63,927 bases of DNA, filler included, from Reticulomyxa filosa (GCA_000512085.1; 12 parts of 12 records of this genome joined end to end with filler, not necessarily neighbours in it); one strand, 5' to 3'; counted from the first letter of the whole stretch, positions 36,537 to 51,345 are shown. A program made the numbers and translations. The notes: a model not told the origin generated them from the letters alone.

Positions 36537-39500
36537 ATGGGCGATCGTGGTGAAGATGTATATTTGGCTCAACAACAAGAGAGTCGACATGGCGGGGATG
36601 CACCGAACAGTTGGATGGGATCTTCGCTGTCGTCAACAAACCCGCCGACGAAAATTGGGCACAGCCGTTTCAAACACAGTGGCGACGAAGCGTCTGGATT
36701 GGCGTCGGACGTGACCGGCGAGTATCATCCCCGTCGCTCGGCGAATGCGAAACACGAACGAGGAGGAGGAGGAGGAGGAGGAGGAGGGGGAAGTGATCGC
36801 AATGACTGGAGATATCGCCCACACGCCAATCCTAACACTAATCGCACTCACGGCAACAACAGTATTAACAATAACAACAATAATAATAATAACAATAATA
36901 ATAACAATAATAATAATAATAATAACAAACAAACGACTGAAAACAATTCCAAAACAAAAAACAATCCGCGAATGCACGAGGATAGCAAAGACGATGTTGT
37001 CCCGACCAGGATGGTCCCCAAAGGCAATAAGCAGGACATGACTATGATTATGGCGGCTATGATGGTTATGACGATGACCATGGTCATGACTACGACGAAT
37101 ATGCGTATGACTATGACTATAATTATGAGTACGATTACGACTACAACCACGACCACGGCAATGAGCACGATCATGACCACGACCATGATCATGATCATGA
37201 CCACCACGACCACGATCATGATCAAGATCATGATCACGAAACAGCGCCGGATATGATTGACGCGGAACCTTCTTCCAGTGGCGGTGCTATGCAAATAAGC
37301 CATAAAAAAAAAAAGTAGACACAAACGAAAGTGACAAATCGAAAAAGTGGCGAAAAGGCGGAGGTGGAGACAGACGGAATGTGAAAGAGCATAGCACGGA
37401 AGTACACAGCAGTTCAGATAGTCTGGTGGTCAATGACAATGGTGGACATATTCGCTATCGCAAAGGGTCCAAAGAAGACAATGCGTCGTTGACGAGTGGG
37501 GAGAACAGTTGGAGGAACAATACGCGGAACACTAAAGCCTATGGCGTCATTGTTAAGTGCATGCGAGACTTGGTCCCCGTGTCTCCTTCCGATTTGCAAG
37601 CGGCACCGCAACTCTACGAGGACTTGCTTCACCAAAAAATGGATATTTTGGAGAAAGAGCATAAAGCCAATGACAGTAACACGAAACAGCAATCAGAAGA
37701 AGGAGAAGCAAAAGAAAAGGTCAAATCCTCCGAACAAGAACCAGGCACAAATGACGTGGAAAAAGACGAACACGCGAGTGACACTGCTATTTTGCAGTAC
37801 TCTGTCAAAGATTTACTTGTTGTTGGGTCCATTCCTCTCTTTCAACAAACGCTTGAAAATTGTGCTATTCCTGAAGACATTTCTTTGTTTAGTCATATAT
37901 ATATATATATATTCTCCCGTTTAACATATTAATATTATTATTATTATTATTATATACAATACATATGTACGATATGGCCTTAAAGTATCCCATACAAATA
38001 ACACTAAAAAAAAAAAAAAAGCAAAGAATATGTCTCGAAAGACGGGAACAATGCAGGCAGTGGCACAGGAACCCAGCGACAAGAGAGTGATAAAGAACCT
38101 CAAAGTCGATTTCCACAGACGCACACGCGACTTCGTGGACGTGGGAGCGGAGAAGGTAGTAGTATCGTAGAGGAAAGTCCTAGTTTACCACCGACCAATC
38201 CTTCGTTACGAATTGGATCCATTTCATCCACCGATTCGATTGGAAAGCGCTTGTCCACCGATTCTTTGAAAAAGCTAAAACGTGAGATCAATACCATGAA
38301 TTGGAGAAACACCGCCAATACGAGCACGAGCGCAAGTGCCAATGCAAATGTCATTAACACGAAGTCGAGGAGCGGAGAAGACTTGGTCCCACTATCGGTC
38401 TCATTGCTGAACAATGAGGACAAATTGAGTAACTCTTTGCCAAACAGTGCTGCGCCGAAAAACAGTCAAAGCAATGAACAGCAGGCCAGCGACACTTTGA
38501 AAGGGAGAAAAGACGATGACAGTTCAAACGCAAATGCAGCTTCGAAAGATAACAAATACGCAGGAGCAGCGTCTCCAGTGCAAGTACATGAATCCGGTGA
38601 AATGCGGCCCACAATGACATTGCCTGTGAATGACATCAAGTCTGGATACGAGTCTCAAAGACAGGCACGAACGCCAGGACACACGGACAAGCCACCACTC
38701 ATAATGGATGCATTTATTGAAACCCCTTTTGCTGATGATGATTTGAACGACAATCACAACAATAATAATACTAATCACGGCCGTGACTCGATCCTGTCGC
38801 CATCGGGCATGGACGAATACAATACTGGTATAAATGCTATGGTGTCTCCGAATTATAGTGGACGAGAACAAAGGCAAGTGCAACGGCATGGACACTCGCC
38901 TCATCGCGATTTTAAAAAAGCAGAACCAACTCCAACAAAAGATGATTTGTCTGGCAATGCATTTGCTTTTCCTGCAAAAGAGCTGTCCAATCAATTCCAA
39001 AGTCAAGTGTCTTCGATGCAACAGACTCGAGGAATAGTTGATCCCTCGTATCACCAAGCCATTGATCAACGCGCTCCTTTTGAACGAGTTGTCCAAGAGC
39101 CCACGAAATTGATGCAAGAAGAGTCTCGATCGCAGGAATTGGCACCTGCTTATATCAACAAAAGGGTATTTTTATTTATTTTTTTTTTGGTTAGAAAAGT
39201 ATTTTGTAGGCTATTGTCATTATTAGTATGTATGTGATTGATTACACACACGTGGAAAACTTGGAATAGAATGACAAGCAATTGTCCACAGAAGAGGCAA
39301 CCGCACAGCATGCGCATAACGAACAGCGACTGCAACAATACCGCAAATACGCGCAGTTAAATGGCATCCAACCACCGTCTCTCGATCAGGAACGCAACTA
39401 TCGTCATTACTTTGGCGAAATGTGGGAAAAGGCATATTACAAACGTCAAATATTGAAAAAACAGCAAATGCAGACACAAACACAAACGCAATTGCAAACA

Positions 39501-42500
39501 CAAACACAAACACAAACGCAAGCACAAACGCAAGCACAAACGCAATCGCAATCGCAATCGCAATCGCAATTGCAATCGCAAACACAAACACAAACACAAA
39601 CGAATTATCCACAAGGCAGTGCCAATCCTGAAGTCAACATCATTCACAGCTTATTGCAGCACAAGAATCATTACTATGATAAATATTGCGAAATGTTGAA
39701 AAAAGCAGAACAAAACCCCAAATACTTGCCCTACGTCCGACACTACGAGCGTAAGTTCAATTCCGTCATTGAAAAACTTCGGGAATTGGAGATTCACAAT
39801 CAACAGCACCCAAATCTCAATGTGAATACGAATGCAAATCCTACTTCAAATCAAGTTCCGTCGAAAAATGATATGTCGTACAAAGGAACAACCAGTTCAG
39901 ACTCGAACTTACTACCTCGTGGTACGCCTTCAATGGACATGTTTCACCATCGCTCCAATGAATTGTCACAGCCACGAGACATGGCCAAACATTACACTGC
40001 TCAGGAGCAGTCTTACTTTGAATCAATGATGATGCATCACCACGATGTGACAGACAAAGTCCGTTCAAGCTCCTCATTCCACATGCAACCATCGCCGTCA
40101 TCACTGCGCACGCCTGTCGATGCCCACTCCTTTCCGCCGGATCCTCACGGCCGAGTTGCTGGGGACATGGCGTTTTCACGTGTCCCTAGCACCACTTCTA
40201 CTACTAATTCCAACGCCACTTCTATTGACCCTTACAATCAATCGCAGCCTTTTGATATGCCTTTTCATACTTCCAACCCACCCACGTATACTACAGTGCA
40301 CGGGCACTCTCCCACCTATGGCGTACCGGCGATCCGACCTCAATCGCGCTCAAGTGAAGTGGGGAGCACATCACGAGGAGATTTATCAGCAGGAGTCGCG
40401 TTTCCGACAAAAACCGAGGTCCCCAATGACGTGGTTGAAAAAAGATCTAAACAATTGACCACAAACAACGTTGCTGACAATATAATGGATTTGAATTTAG
40501 GTAACGTATATAACTTTTTTTTTTTTTTTGTCTTAATCAAAGTTTCATATTTGTTGTTGTTATTGTTGTTGTTGGTGGTGGTGGTACATGGGGGAAAAAA
40601 TAAACAAAAAGCCTCATTTGGCTATAGCACTGCAGAGGGATTGCTGGCAGCAAATGCAATGCCGACCACAAACGAAATGAATGTTGATACCAGAAGCAGG
40701 GGCAACTATCGTAAGGAGGGCCATGATAAAGACGTGGAGAAAATCACTATGGGTATGAACCGCATGGATATGGATGTGAACCAACCCAAAAAGCAGGTTC
40801 GTGCAGAAGGAGGTAGCAATGCAACAACAATGGATGAAAACATTGCCAAAAGTAGTTATCACCATTTGCAAGAATCAATGATATTGCAACAACAACAGCA
40901 ACAGCAACAACANNNNNNNNNNNNNNNNNNNNNNNNNNNNNNNNNNNNNNNNNNNNTTAATTAATTAANNNNNNNNNNNNNNNNNNNNNNNNNNNNNNNN
41001 NNNNNNNNNNNNGGAGAAAAAAAAAAAAAAAAAAAATTTATAAATATAAATGAATGAATGGATGAATGAACAAATACAACAACAACAACAACAACAACAA
41101 AATAAAATAGAATTCACAAGGGCCTCCTTGGGTTCGATTGTACTCGTTTTCCATGAACTTCATTCGTTGCTGAAATACTCGTCGCCAAAAACAAACCTGT
41201 TATCACAGGATTTTTGGAAAGGGGATGGCTTTTTTCTTTTGAAAGAACTCTTGATGGCCATGTCATTCGTTGGTGATGAACACCACAACCAGAAAGTCAA
41301 TGAGGTATATACATATACAATATAATATGCATATTTACGCATATGAACATATTCTGTAAAAAGAACAAAAACAATTGACAATAATCAATGCTACAATCAC
41401 AATGACAATGTTTAAACATCAGAATTGCAATGAACTAAGTGAATTTGGAGTATCATGTGGCTCGTATTTGGTCGATTTGAAAAATGAAATCTTGCAAATC
41501 ATTTACGAGTGGTGTTTATGAACGACGGTAACAATGCCAATATTAATAATAATAATAACAATAACAATAACAATAACAATAACAATAACAATAACGGAGA
41601 GATTAAAGCCAATGAAAAAAAGTATCGACCAGCGATCTGTCATTAGCGTCACAATTCAGCTGTATTCAAAACAAAACCGCATTTGGAATACTAGAGCATG
41701 TGTACATGCAGACTAGTAGCCGATGGACACGACTACGGATACTGACTTGCATCTCCGACATTGTTCGACAGGCCGCGAATGTACAGTATATCCTGGGCTT
41801 GAACATCCTCAAAAACCTGTTGCTGGAAATGCCCATGGCCGAAGAAGAGGAGCAGAAAAAAGTAATATCGGTGGTGGAGTTTGTCATTCAAAATATTAGT
41901 GGGGAAATTGTGCCCTTTGCCGAATTGGAGGCACTCAGGCTGTTACTGCAATACCCAAGTGACAGAGATATGATCACTTTAATTTTGCAATTCATCAACA
42001 AAATCATTATCGATAAACCTTTGTACAAGTTTGTTTTCTTTCACTTTTTTCTAATACCATACTTTATCATATATACGATTCATATTATATATATATATAT
42101 ATATGTATATGTGTATATCATTAATGTACAATATGACATATACATATATATGTATATGTATATGTGTATAATTATATACTTATTTGTGTGATCCCATGCA
42201 AATGTTAGACGCCATTTTGAAGTATGTGGAGTGCTTCAAGTATTGATAGACCACATTATAGCGTTTTCTCAATGCTTAGAAGCCGCGAGGACAAAGACAA
42301 ATACAAAGACGACGACGCAGTCGCCCAACGAAACCGATACAAAAAATGTAGAGCCAAGCGTAGATGCCAGTCAATGGCAAACAAAGGATGTCATTCAGTG
42401 GTGCGACACCATCGACAACAAGCGATTTTCGGGGAGATTTAACCACGTGCTGGAGAAATTGCAAGTCAATGGAAAGTCGCTGCTCGCTCCAGACTCGCAC

Positions 42501-43475
42501 TGGCTCCAATACCCGTCACTTTTCCAAGATGAGCAAGAAAAAATGGTTTTCGTCCAGCATTTGAACCAATTGAAACAAGTCTGTTTTTTTTTTTTTTAAC
42601 AAAACAAAACAAAATTGATAACAGTAAAAAACAAATGCTTTTTTTAAACTTAAAAAAAAACAAAACAAACAGCAAACTGCAATGGCATTATTAAATCATC
42701 ACCCTTTGTATACATTGACAATGGACACAATATTGGGTTTGCTCAGAGACGATGACATCAATTGCAGAGTTGATTAAAAAAAAAAAAAAAAAACAACAAC
42801 AAAAAACAATTCAATTTATTTCGAAAGAGAGACAAAGGAGGGGAAGGAGGAGGAGGAAGAGGAAGAGAAAAGGAAAACAAAACAAAACAAAAGTATTGTC
42901 TTTGCACCTTTCTATAATATCCCTCAGTTGTTTCAAGAAACACGGTGCAACTTTGCAGTATTCACGTTGCTAAAGTCGCGCCAGCATGCAGAAGCGGCGA
43001 TAAAAGTGATTCGATATCAAATGGACGACACATCAGTGACGGTGCTGCTTTCGTCGCTGAGTTCGGAAAAAGAGCTGTTTGAATATCGCATCAATATGCT
43101 GGAGGCACTGCGCCAAATGATGAACGATAGCAGCACGGCGGCGACGGCGATAAAGAACGGATGGGAGAAAGTTGAGTGGGTTTTCGACATTGCTCAGCAT
43201 ATTTGCATCGCTGAATTCGCTGTGGCCGAATGGCGACCCGTACATATCCCAAGTCGCGATGGATTTGATGGACAAGGCGTTTGTGGTGATTATTTCCATT
43301 CTCAAACACCACCCGCGAAATCGGGCCTTCTTTTGGAACTTTCGTTGGGAAAGCATATCCAATGCCATCATCGCGACGGGCATATTATCATCGACGCACT
43401 CTGCGAGATTGTTTCAGTTGTTGTTCGACTTGGCCATGGAAGAAATAACAGAAAACAACAACAATGATAATAACG

Positions 43476-43533
<58 letters not shown>

Positions 43534-44539
43534 TAATCACTTGCCTTCTGACGATGGATACCAGTCGGATATAAAAGTCGCAGAGCATCCGAAGCAATAC
43601 TTTTTGAAGAACCCAGAGGCTGTTTTGATTATTCTGAAGATTGCAAGTGTGAGCACGGAGCAAACCCAACTTGATATATTTCAAAGACTGTTGGCTATTG
43701 CCAATTTGTACATTGTGGACGCCACGGGAAAGAAGCAGTTTTTGCTTCGCAATAAGCAATTATTAGTCGATGTATGCAGCCTTCCCTTTTTTTTTTTTTG
43801 AAGAGGAGGAGGAGGAGAGAAAAAATATATACACATACATACAAAAGACTAACCGTTTTGATCATAAACATTACACACACATACACACATAAAGATAGGA
43901 ACAGTTCAACACATCCACAACTTGTACGCAAATGTATTGAACGCACTCACATCGTCGCCTTTGCAAACGCTTGTGAATCGCTTGATCGTGGAGCTCGGCA
44001 CGCACCGACTATCATCGGTGGAGCTGCACACGATCTTTGCATGGGCGCGAGATCGCAACGTGCGCTACCATCGTGTCATGGAGCTGGTGAGCGGCGAACA
44101 CAAGTTCCCGTTCTTTGAGTTGGAGTGCGTGAGTCAGTCGATCGCGTGCATCAAGATGGCAGGACAGTCACACATTGCCGTTTTGCCCGAGCGCGGGGTC
44201 TCGATGTCGTTCTGGCTGAACCTGCGCAGCGGCGGCGACAAACTCATTCCGGAGCTGACGTTGTGCTCGCTTACCAAAGACAACTCGTCGATGAATATTC
44301 TGGAGCTAAAGTACAATATCGAAAGCTCGAGTATGCGAATCAAGCTCGGCGATGGGGAAGCCTCGGGCTACTTTACGTTTGAGCACGTGGCGCTCGCGTA
44401 TCATCGTTGGTATCATATCGCCGTCACATTGCAAATGTCAGCCAACGGAGAGTTGCTTCCCAAAAAAAGTACCTTTGACAATCTCAATAACTATGATGGT
44501 TCGATGCTTTTCAATAATTATGACATTGCTGATTATAGC

Positions 44540-44572
<33 letters not shown>

Positions 44573-45382
44573 CCAAAGTATCTCGCTTTATATTTATTTG
44601 TCAATGGCGTGCGCATAAACGACTTTGTATATCAATCAAAGAAACTGCTTGGATCCAATAACAAATCAAAAAATCGGGGCGGTGCGAAAAAAAGCGCAAG
44701 TGATGACGTATACGTCACAAGGAATTTGCAGGATATCGAACGGCCGCCGATGGTCCCTGCGTGCGATTGCAAGCTGATTATTGGCGTGGACAAGCGGTAT
44801 TTAGCGAAGAAAGTAGTACACTCGTCGCAGCCCATTGTGTGGTGGATAGGTAGCGTATTTGTATTCGATGGAATGCTGTCGTGGCAACACGTTGACACAA
44901 TGGTTAGCGCAGGCTGTGGCTACGGTGGCACGTTTGGAGGCCCCACGACGGTGAATTACATCCAAGACAGAATTGAAAAGATGCGGTGCTTGCAGGTGCA
45001 AACGGACCCTTTTCCGTCCATTTCTTGCTCGTTCCATCCCCACTCGTACTTTTCCTATGCCGAGGCCCAGTCCATTCTGAAGACGGCGTCCAAAGCAAAC
45101 AAGCCCAACCCCTTGGACGAAACCGTTGGCATCGCCGGACTGCTCTCGCCGGGAGGAATCGTCAAGAACACGGCACATCCGTTCCGAGCTGCGCCGACCC
45201 ATCAAGGGCCTTACGCATACTTGCATGGCGGGATTACGTGCATCCGTCCGATGGCCTTGGAAGACACCATTCGTTTTGTGGGAGGCATTGAAGTTTATCA
45301 TTTATTGTTTATTGTATTTATTTTTTTTTCATTTTATTTTGTTTTGTTTAATGTATAAAAAGATATTAACACAATACAACTC

Positions 45383-45419
<37 letters not shown>

Positions 45420-45887
45420 TTTTAACGAATAGAGTTTATTTGGATTTTTGTCCCGTGTTCATTCCCCAAAAGCATTGACAGACTACTTCGCGGTGATAAC
45501 CACGTTCCTGGCCGACAACCGACGGAACCTGATGGACATGGCCAGGATCGGAGGGTATGAGATGCTTGGCAATGTGTTGAAAAAGAAGAGCCATTTCATC
45601 ACGTTGGAGCTGATCCCAGTGTTGACGGCGATGGTGACCAACTCCGTTCCGGCCGTGATGCAAGAGCACTTTGCGCGCAGCGAAAACAATACGCGACAGG
45701 TGCGGATCAGCGATCGTGAGGTGATGATATGTCACCACATCGGCCAGCCAGAGCTATCGTACAAAACGAGGATCCATTCTTCCGGCGCGCTGAGTGTGGA
45801 TTACTCGTTGAGTCAAAGCGTCAGTCGACTTCGTGGCAACAACAATGGGAACGACATTAATAGCAATAATAACAATAACAATAACAA
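36537..45887 (+). CDS. Very large BEACH-family-like (WDFY3/neurobeachin/LYST-type N-terminal region) protein with long low-complexity N-terminus and SAM-like insert; spans a gap, 3' truncated
   Basis: ARM-like helical exons, a ConA/laminin-G-like domain (GVSMSFWL, RWYHIAVT, LYLFVNG, IGSVFVF), then LEDTIRFVGGIE and DMARIGGYEMLGNVLKKK as in BEACH proteins. The BEACH domain itself is not in view. Poly-Q is continuous across the 40913 gap. Confidence 0.72.
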
Positions 45888-47610
45888 NNNNNNNNNNNNN
45901 NNNNNNNNNNNNNNNNNNNNNNNNNNNNNNNTTAATTAATTAANNNNNNNNNNNNNNNNNNNNNNNNNNNNNNNNNNNNNNNNNNNNATAAGATTAAATT
46001 TTGATAAAAAAGATATACTCACGCAACTGCGATAGTAGCTTGATAAAACTTTTTGCATATTTTTAATGTTTGTCAAAACATATTTCACAAGACAATACAA
46101 AAAAAAAATGAATTATATAGGGCTAGTGCGTTTGCAATTATAAGAACTGGCAAAGTTTTAAACATCCAATTTGTGAAACAAAAGCAATAATATACAAATT
46201 CTCGCTATAGCAATAGTTTATAAAATTGAATCGAGATAGAATTTCATTGCACAAATAGAAAGTAAAAGTGATTGTTGAACAGTAATTTATAGGTTTCTAT
46301 GTCTTTTTTAGTAAATTTAAAAAGTAACAAATGTTTGGACAAGTTGTGATCATAGAAGGAATAATTTTTCACGAAATAACTCTTACTGCTGAAAGACATA
46401 ATTCTACTAACGCCAGAGTCAATTGCAAAAAAGGACTTCAAACACGGACAGCGCGCAAGAAAGTTATTCAAGCTAAGCAAAAAAAGGCCAGCTCAACCTA
46501 GCGCAAAGGCTACAAAAACAAGAGTATTGAATCGTCTGGTCAAGAATGTTTCTTAAACCAAAAGATTATTCGATTTTCAGTGCAGGTTTATCTGAGACTA
46601 CACTAGCTTCACTCTTCTCGGGAGATGTCGTTTTCCAAGCATTGAAGCATCCTGAAAGTTTCTGACAAGAACCTCCTTTTTTTCCTCCCAAATACTCGTA
46701 TTGATGATTTTCATTCACTTTCGTACAAGTTTTCTTTGCGCAAGTCAAAACTTAAAACTTTAGATCTTTCATTTTTTTTTTCCTTCAATTGTGGTCACAG
46801 ACAAAATAACTTCTGTCGTTATCATAACAAAACCATGCTCACATGGCCCCCACCGCTTACACCATTTTTTTCTTTTTTGGAAATGAGTCACTTGCAAAAA
46901 TGGATTGTTTGTACGAAGCAAACACAAGCGAAGTGCCGAAACAAAAGGGATTAAAAAGACATTTTCGAACATGACAAATTTGACATAACAAAAAAAAGAA
47001 AAAAAAGACAATTTCCAGTAGTTGTATTCGCGTGCTAGTGTGANNNNNNNNNNNNNNNNNNNNNNNNNNNNNNNNNNNNNNNNNNNNTTAATTAATTAAN
47101 NNNNNNNNNNNNNNNNNNNNNNNNNNNNNNNNNNNNNNNNNNNTTTGATGTGCATTAAATATTCATCATAATGTAACTTGAAAAAAATGCAAACAAAACT
47201 ATGAATTCTAATTGAGACAATCCTTTTCTATTTGATATCTTGCATAAGAAAATGATAATGTGCGAGATGCAGTCTTTGTTTGAGTTTTTAAGGGTAATTT
47301 TTTTTGTGCACTAAAACAATATTATCTGCCAAAATGAAGAAAAAAATTAAATTAAATTCAAACATACAATATTCTAGAAGCTAGCAATTAGTTCTCAAAA
47401 ACACATTCTACTTATTCTTTTTCTGGTTTTTTGAATGTTAATATTGAATGCAATCAACACACCCACAATGAAATAATATTCGATGTTGGTTCTCCTGGTT
47501 ATTTTGTAAAAACAACTGGTAACACCTTTCCTTTTTTTTTCCCAAGGACAGTTTAAAAAGTTGATTTTTGGGAGCAAGCAATTTTTGCAAACCTAATTTG
47601 TAATTTTAGA

Positions 47611-50600
47611 ATGAACTGCCTATTGCGCAGCATTGTCTTATTCCTTGCAGTTGTATTCGTGGCTCATGTGCAAGGAGAGGAGGCAAATGACTTAGACTTG
47701 ACAAACGCTCAGCCAATTCAAGTTGGATTCACAGCGGGCCAAGAACAAGCACTGAGTACAACAAAACCGCAAGACTTTCAAGCAGAAGTGAATCGATTAA
47801 TGGAAATTATCATTAACTCTTTGTACAAGACAAGAGATATTTTTCTGCGTGAATTAATATCTAACGCAGTTGATGCTTTGGATAAAATCCGTTATCAAAG
47901 TTTGACTGGCCAATCAGAATTAGGAAGCACAGCGAACTTGGATATTCGAGTTCAAGTAGACAACGAAGCTCGCACAATTACCATTGTCGATACTGGCATT
48001 GGTTAGGTTTTTTTTTAAAAAAACATGTATCCTTTCTATCCATTTAATTTATAGTTTTATTCTATTTATCAAATTGTAAAACAAACAACAAATCCCAAAA
48101 AAATTGAATATTTTGAAAAAATTAGGTATGACTGCGGCTGAACTTACGAAAAATTTGGGAACAATAGCCCATAGTGGAACGGCTTCTTTCTTAGATGCTT
48201 TTGCAAAGGGAAGCGAAGCAAGCGAAAATCAATTGCAGTTGATTGGTCAATTTGGTGTGGGTTTTTACTCAGCATTTTTGGTGGCCGATGAGGTCATTGT
48301 GGTTAGCAAATCCAACAAAGATCCCGATCAACACGTATGGAGATCTAAAGCTGACGGACATTTTATTGTTTCAAAGGATCCAAGAGGCGTTACTTTAGAC
48401 CGAGGCACTGCCGTCATTCTTAAAATCAAAGTTCAATTCTTTTCCCCCTTTTGTTGTTCCCCTTCATTCAAAAAAAAAAAAAACACGTCATCTTTTTTTT
48501 TTTTTGAAATTTGACTGCGTTACAAACAAAATAATGACGTGTCTTCAATTGAAAACAGGAAGATGCAAAAGAGTTTTTGAATAATGATAAAATTGAAAGT
48601 GTCATCCAAAGATACTCAGAATTCATGCAATACCCGATCTATTTGTTCTCCTCACGCAAAGAAGAAGTCGAGGCTGGGTCAGGAGGTAATGTTAATGTGT
48701 TGTATTATGCATTTGTTCTGGTTCGTTGTTATAATCAACAAATGCTGATCGTGTATGTATCGCATTGTGCCAATGTTGTGACATAGAAAAAGATTCTGAT
48801 ACACAAAATGATGAATTGAGCACATCTGACGAAAATGTTGAAGGTGGTGAAATAAAAAAAGCAGAAACATTGTCATACTTTTGGAAACGAGTTTAGTCCT
48901 TTTGCATATATTCAATGTGCTTGTATACAACACAGCCCATTTTGTTTCGAAAAATGTCAAAACAACAATGTTGTATGCACATGTGAAAACTAGCTGAATA
49001 GCAACAAACCCATATGGTCTCGTCGTCCAAATGAGGTGACATCCGAGGAATACAACTCGTTTTACAAGGCATTCACAAAAGACACTGACCAGCCATTGGC
49101 CTACACACATTTCCGAGCTGAAGGTGAAATTGAATTTGATTCGATATTGTACATTCCAGAAAAAGTACCACCTTCTTTTTATGATAACTATCACAACCTC
49201 AAATCCAAGTTGAAACTCTACGTGCGTCGTGTGTTAGTGGCGGATGAATTTGAGGATATCGTCCCTCGATATTTAAACTTTGTCAAAGTTATGTTATGTC
49301 TCAATGTGTAAGACAGCCTCGGAGAAAATTGAAAAAAGAGTGTGTGTGTGTGTGAGAGAGAGGGGAGAGTGATAATGAAACGTGCATATAATGTATGTTC
49401 TCACTTTGATCAGGGATTGGTAGATTCAAATGATTTGCCACTCAATGTTAACCGTGAAGATTTGCAAAAGAACAAAGTTATGGGATTGATTAGTCGTAAA
49501 TTGACTCGAAAAATATTGGATATGTTGCGAGATCTTGCTAGAGGTGGCGATGGAACTGGAGGTGGAGAAGATGACGAAGATACTGAAACGTCAGAGAAAA
49601 AAGCAGAAACCCAATCAAAGGAACAAAAAAGCGACGAAAAATACTTGAAATTTTGGAATGAGTTTGGCAAGGCGTTGAAATTGGGAGTGTTGGAAGATCA
49701 CCGAAATAAAAAACGAATTATCGAGTTGTTGCGATTCGTTTCCACAAGATCTCCTACCACTCCAATCAGTCTACGAAGCTATGTTGATCACATGAAACCT
49801 GGACAAAAGTTTATCTATTTTATTGCTGCTGGCGGTGTTGATGAAGTTTACTTTTTTAATTAACTATTTTTTATAATGTCTCGTAATTGATAAATGATTT
49901 GAATATTTGAATTACATTCATTCGTGTAAAAATACACTTTTGATTTGATAATGTCAAAACATAGGCCGAAAACTCACCATTTTTAGAAAGATTCCGAAAC
50001 AAAGGCTATGAAGTGTTATACTTCACTGACAATTTGGACGAGTTTATGAATTTACAAGAATATGATGATATTCCTTTCCAGGCCATCACCAAGGAAAATG
50101 TAGAACTGGATGGAAAGAAAATGAAAGAGTTTTTGAAACAAGTAAATTTTGTTCATTCCTCTTTCTCCCTTTCCCTATTCCAAGACAACTTTACAAAACA
50201 GTTGCATCTGTTTTGTTCATACAGAAAGAAGAGGAATTTGCTGAGCTGAAAACATGGTTGAAAGAGGCGTATGGATCGAAAATATCAAAAGTGCAAATAT
50301 CTTCGACCTTGGAAGCAACACCAATGGCAATTGCCACTGCAACTTATGGCACGAGTGCCCGAATGGAAAAGATTGGAAAAGCGCAGGCCATGGGAAATCA
50401 AATGTACCCGATGCGAGCTACCAAAGTCTTACAAATTAACTATAGACATCCAGTAATCATTGAAATGAAGAACCGTGTCCATGACAGTGACGCCACTGAT
50501 GAATTGAAAGATTTGGCTCGTTTACTATTAGATATGGCTTTGGTGAAAAGTGGATTTGAAATTGAACCTGACGACAAACCGAATTTGGCCAAAGAATTTC

Positions 50601-50829
50601 CAGAATTGTTCAAAAAGGACTAAGTTTTGCCATATACATTTTCTTCCTTCTCTTTCAATTTGTAACATTGTTTTTTCCTTGTTGGCCAGATATTCCTGAT
50701 GACACCAAATTGGAACCAGAGCCTTCCTATGCTTCGGAAACAGAAGAGGAGCCATCAGAATCAGGGGATGACGAATATGAAGAAGACGAAGAGATCAACA
50801 CAAGTGAAGGCGGAAAAGAAGATTTATGA
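47611..50829 (+). CDS. HSP90B1: Endoplasmin / GRP94 (ER HSP90)
   Basis: Signal peptide; [62 protein letters not shown]; C-terminal KEDL-TGA at 50829. Confidence 0.97.
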
Positions 50830-51345
50830 GTGAGTTATTAAAAGACAAATATTAGATGGGTTATTGTGTCCGTTTTCGTTGTCTTTTCATCAATTGAAAG
50901 GATTGTGATTTGAAATTTTTCAATGGTGAAATTTTTTCTTACAAATACAACAATGTGTGTTGTCCAGTGCAAATAAAACCACTAGTCAGGACTTCAATTT
51001 TCTTTAAAAATTGTAATTATCAAAAAGTAACACGATTTTCTAAAACCTTTTTGAAAAGAAGATCCAGCGGGCAGTTGTTGTTAAAACTCTGAAATTTGTC
51101 AAAAAGACAAATCCACACATTTCAAAGGAGTCAAATATGGCTTACTAATTCAAGTGTATATTACAGTTTTTTACGTCATATGTTAAGCACTGCTAAACGT
51201 TGTGGATTTTATGTTAAAATAAGCGCTTTGCTTTTGTAGTTAATTCTTTTTCTTGACGTATAAAAGAAAACACACTTGCTGACAAAAAAAAGTTCCAAAG
51301 GAACGTCGTGGGAAAAAAATATTTGTAAATTAAAAATTTTATAAA

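Noticed and set aside
36537-37256. Met/Thr-rich C-terminus of the 239-aa ORF
   Set aside because: It is an out-of-frame reading of the His/Asp/Tyr tract, as shown by third-position variation.
45988-47043. Short ORFs in the 1-kb segment
   Set aside because: No motif or splice-consistent model that I can support.
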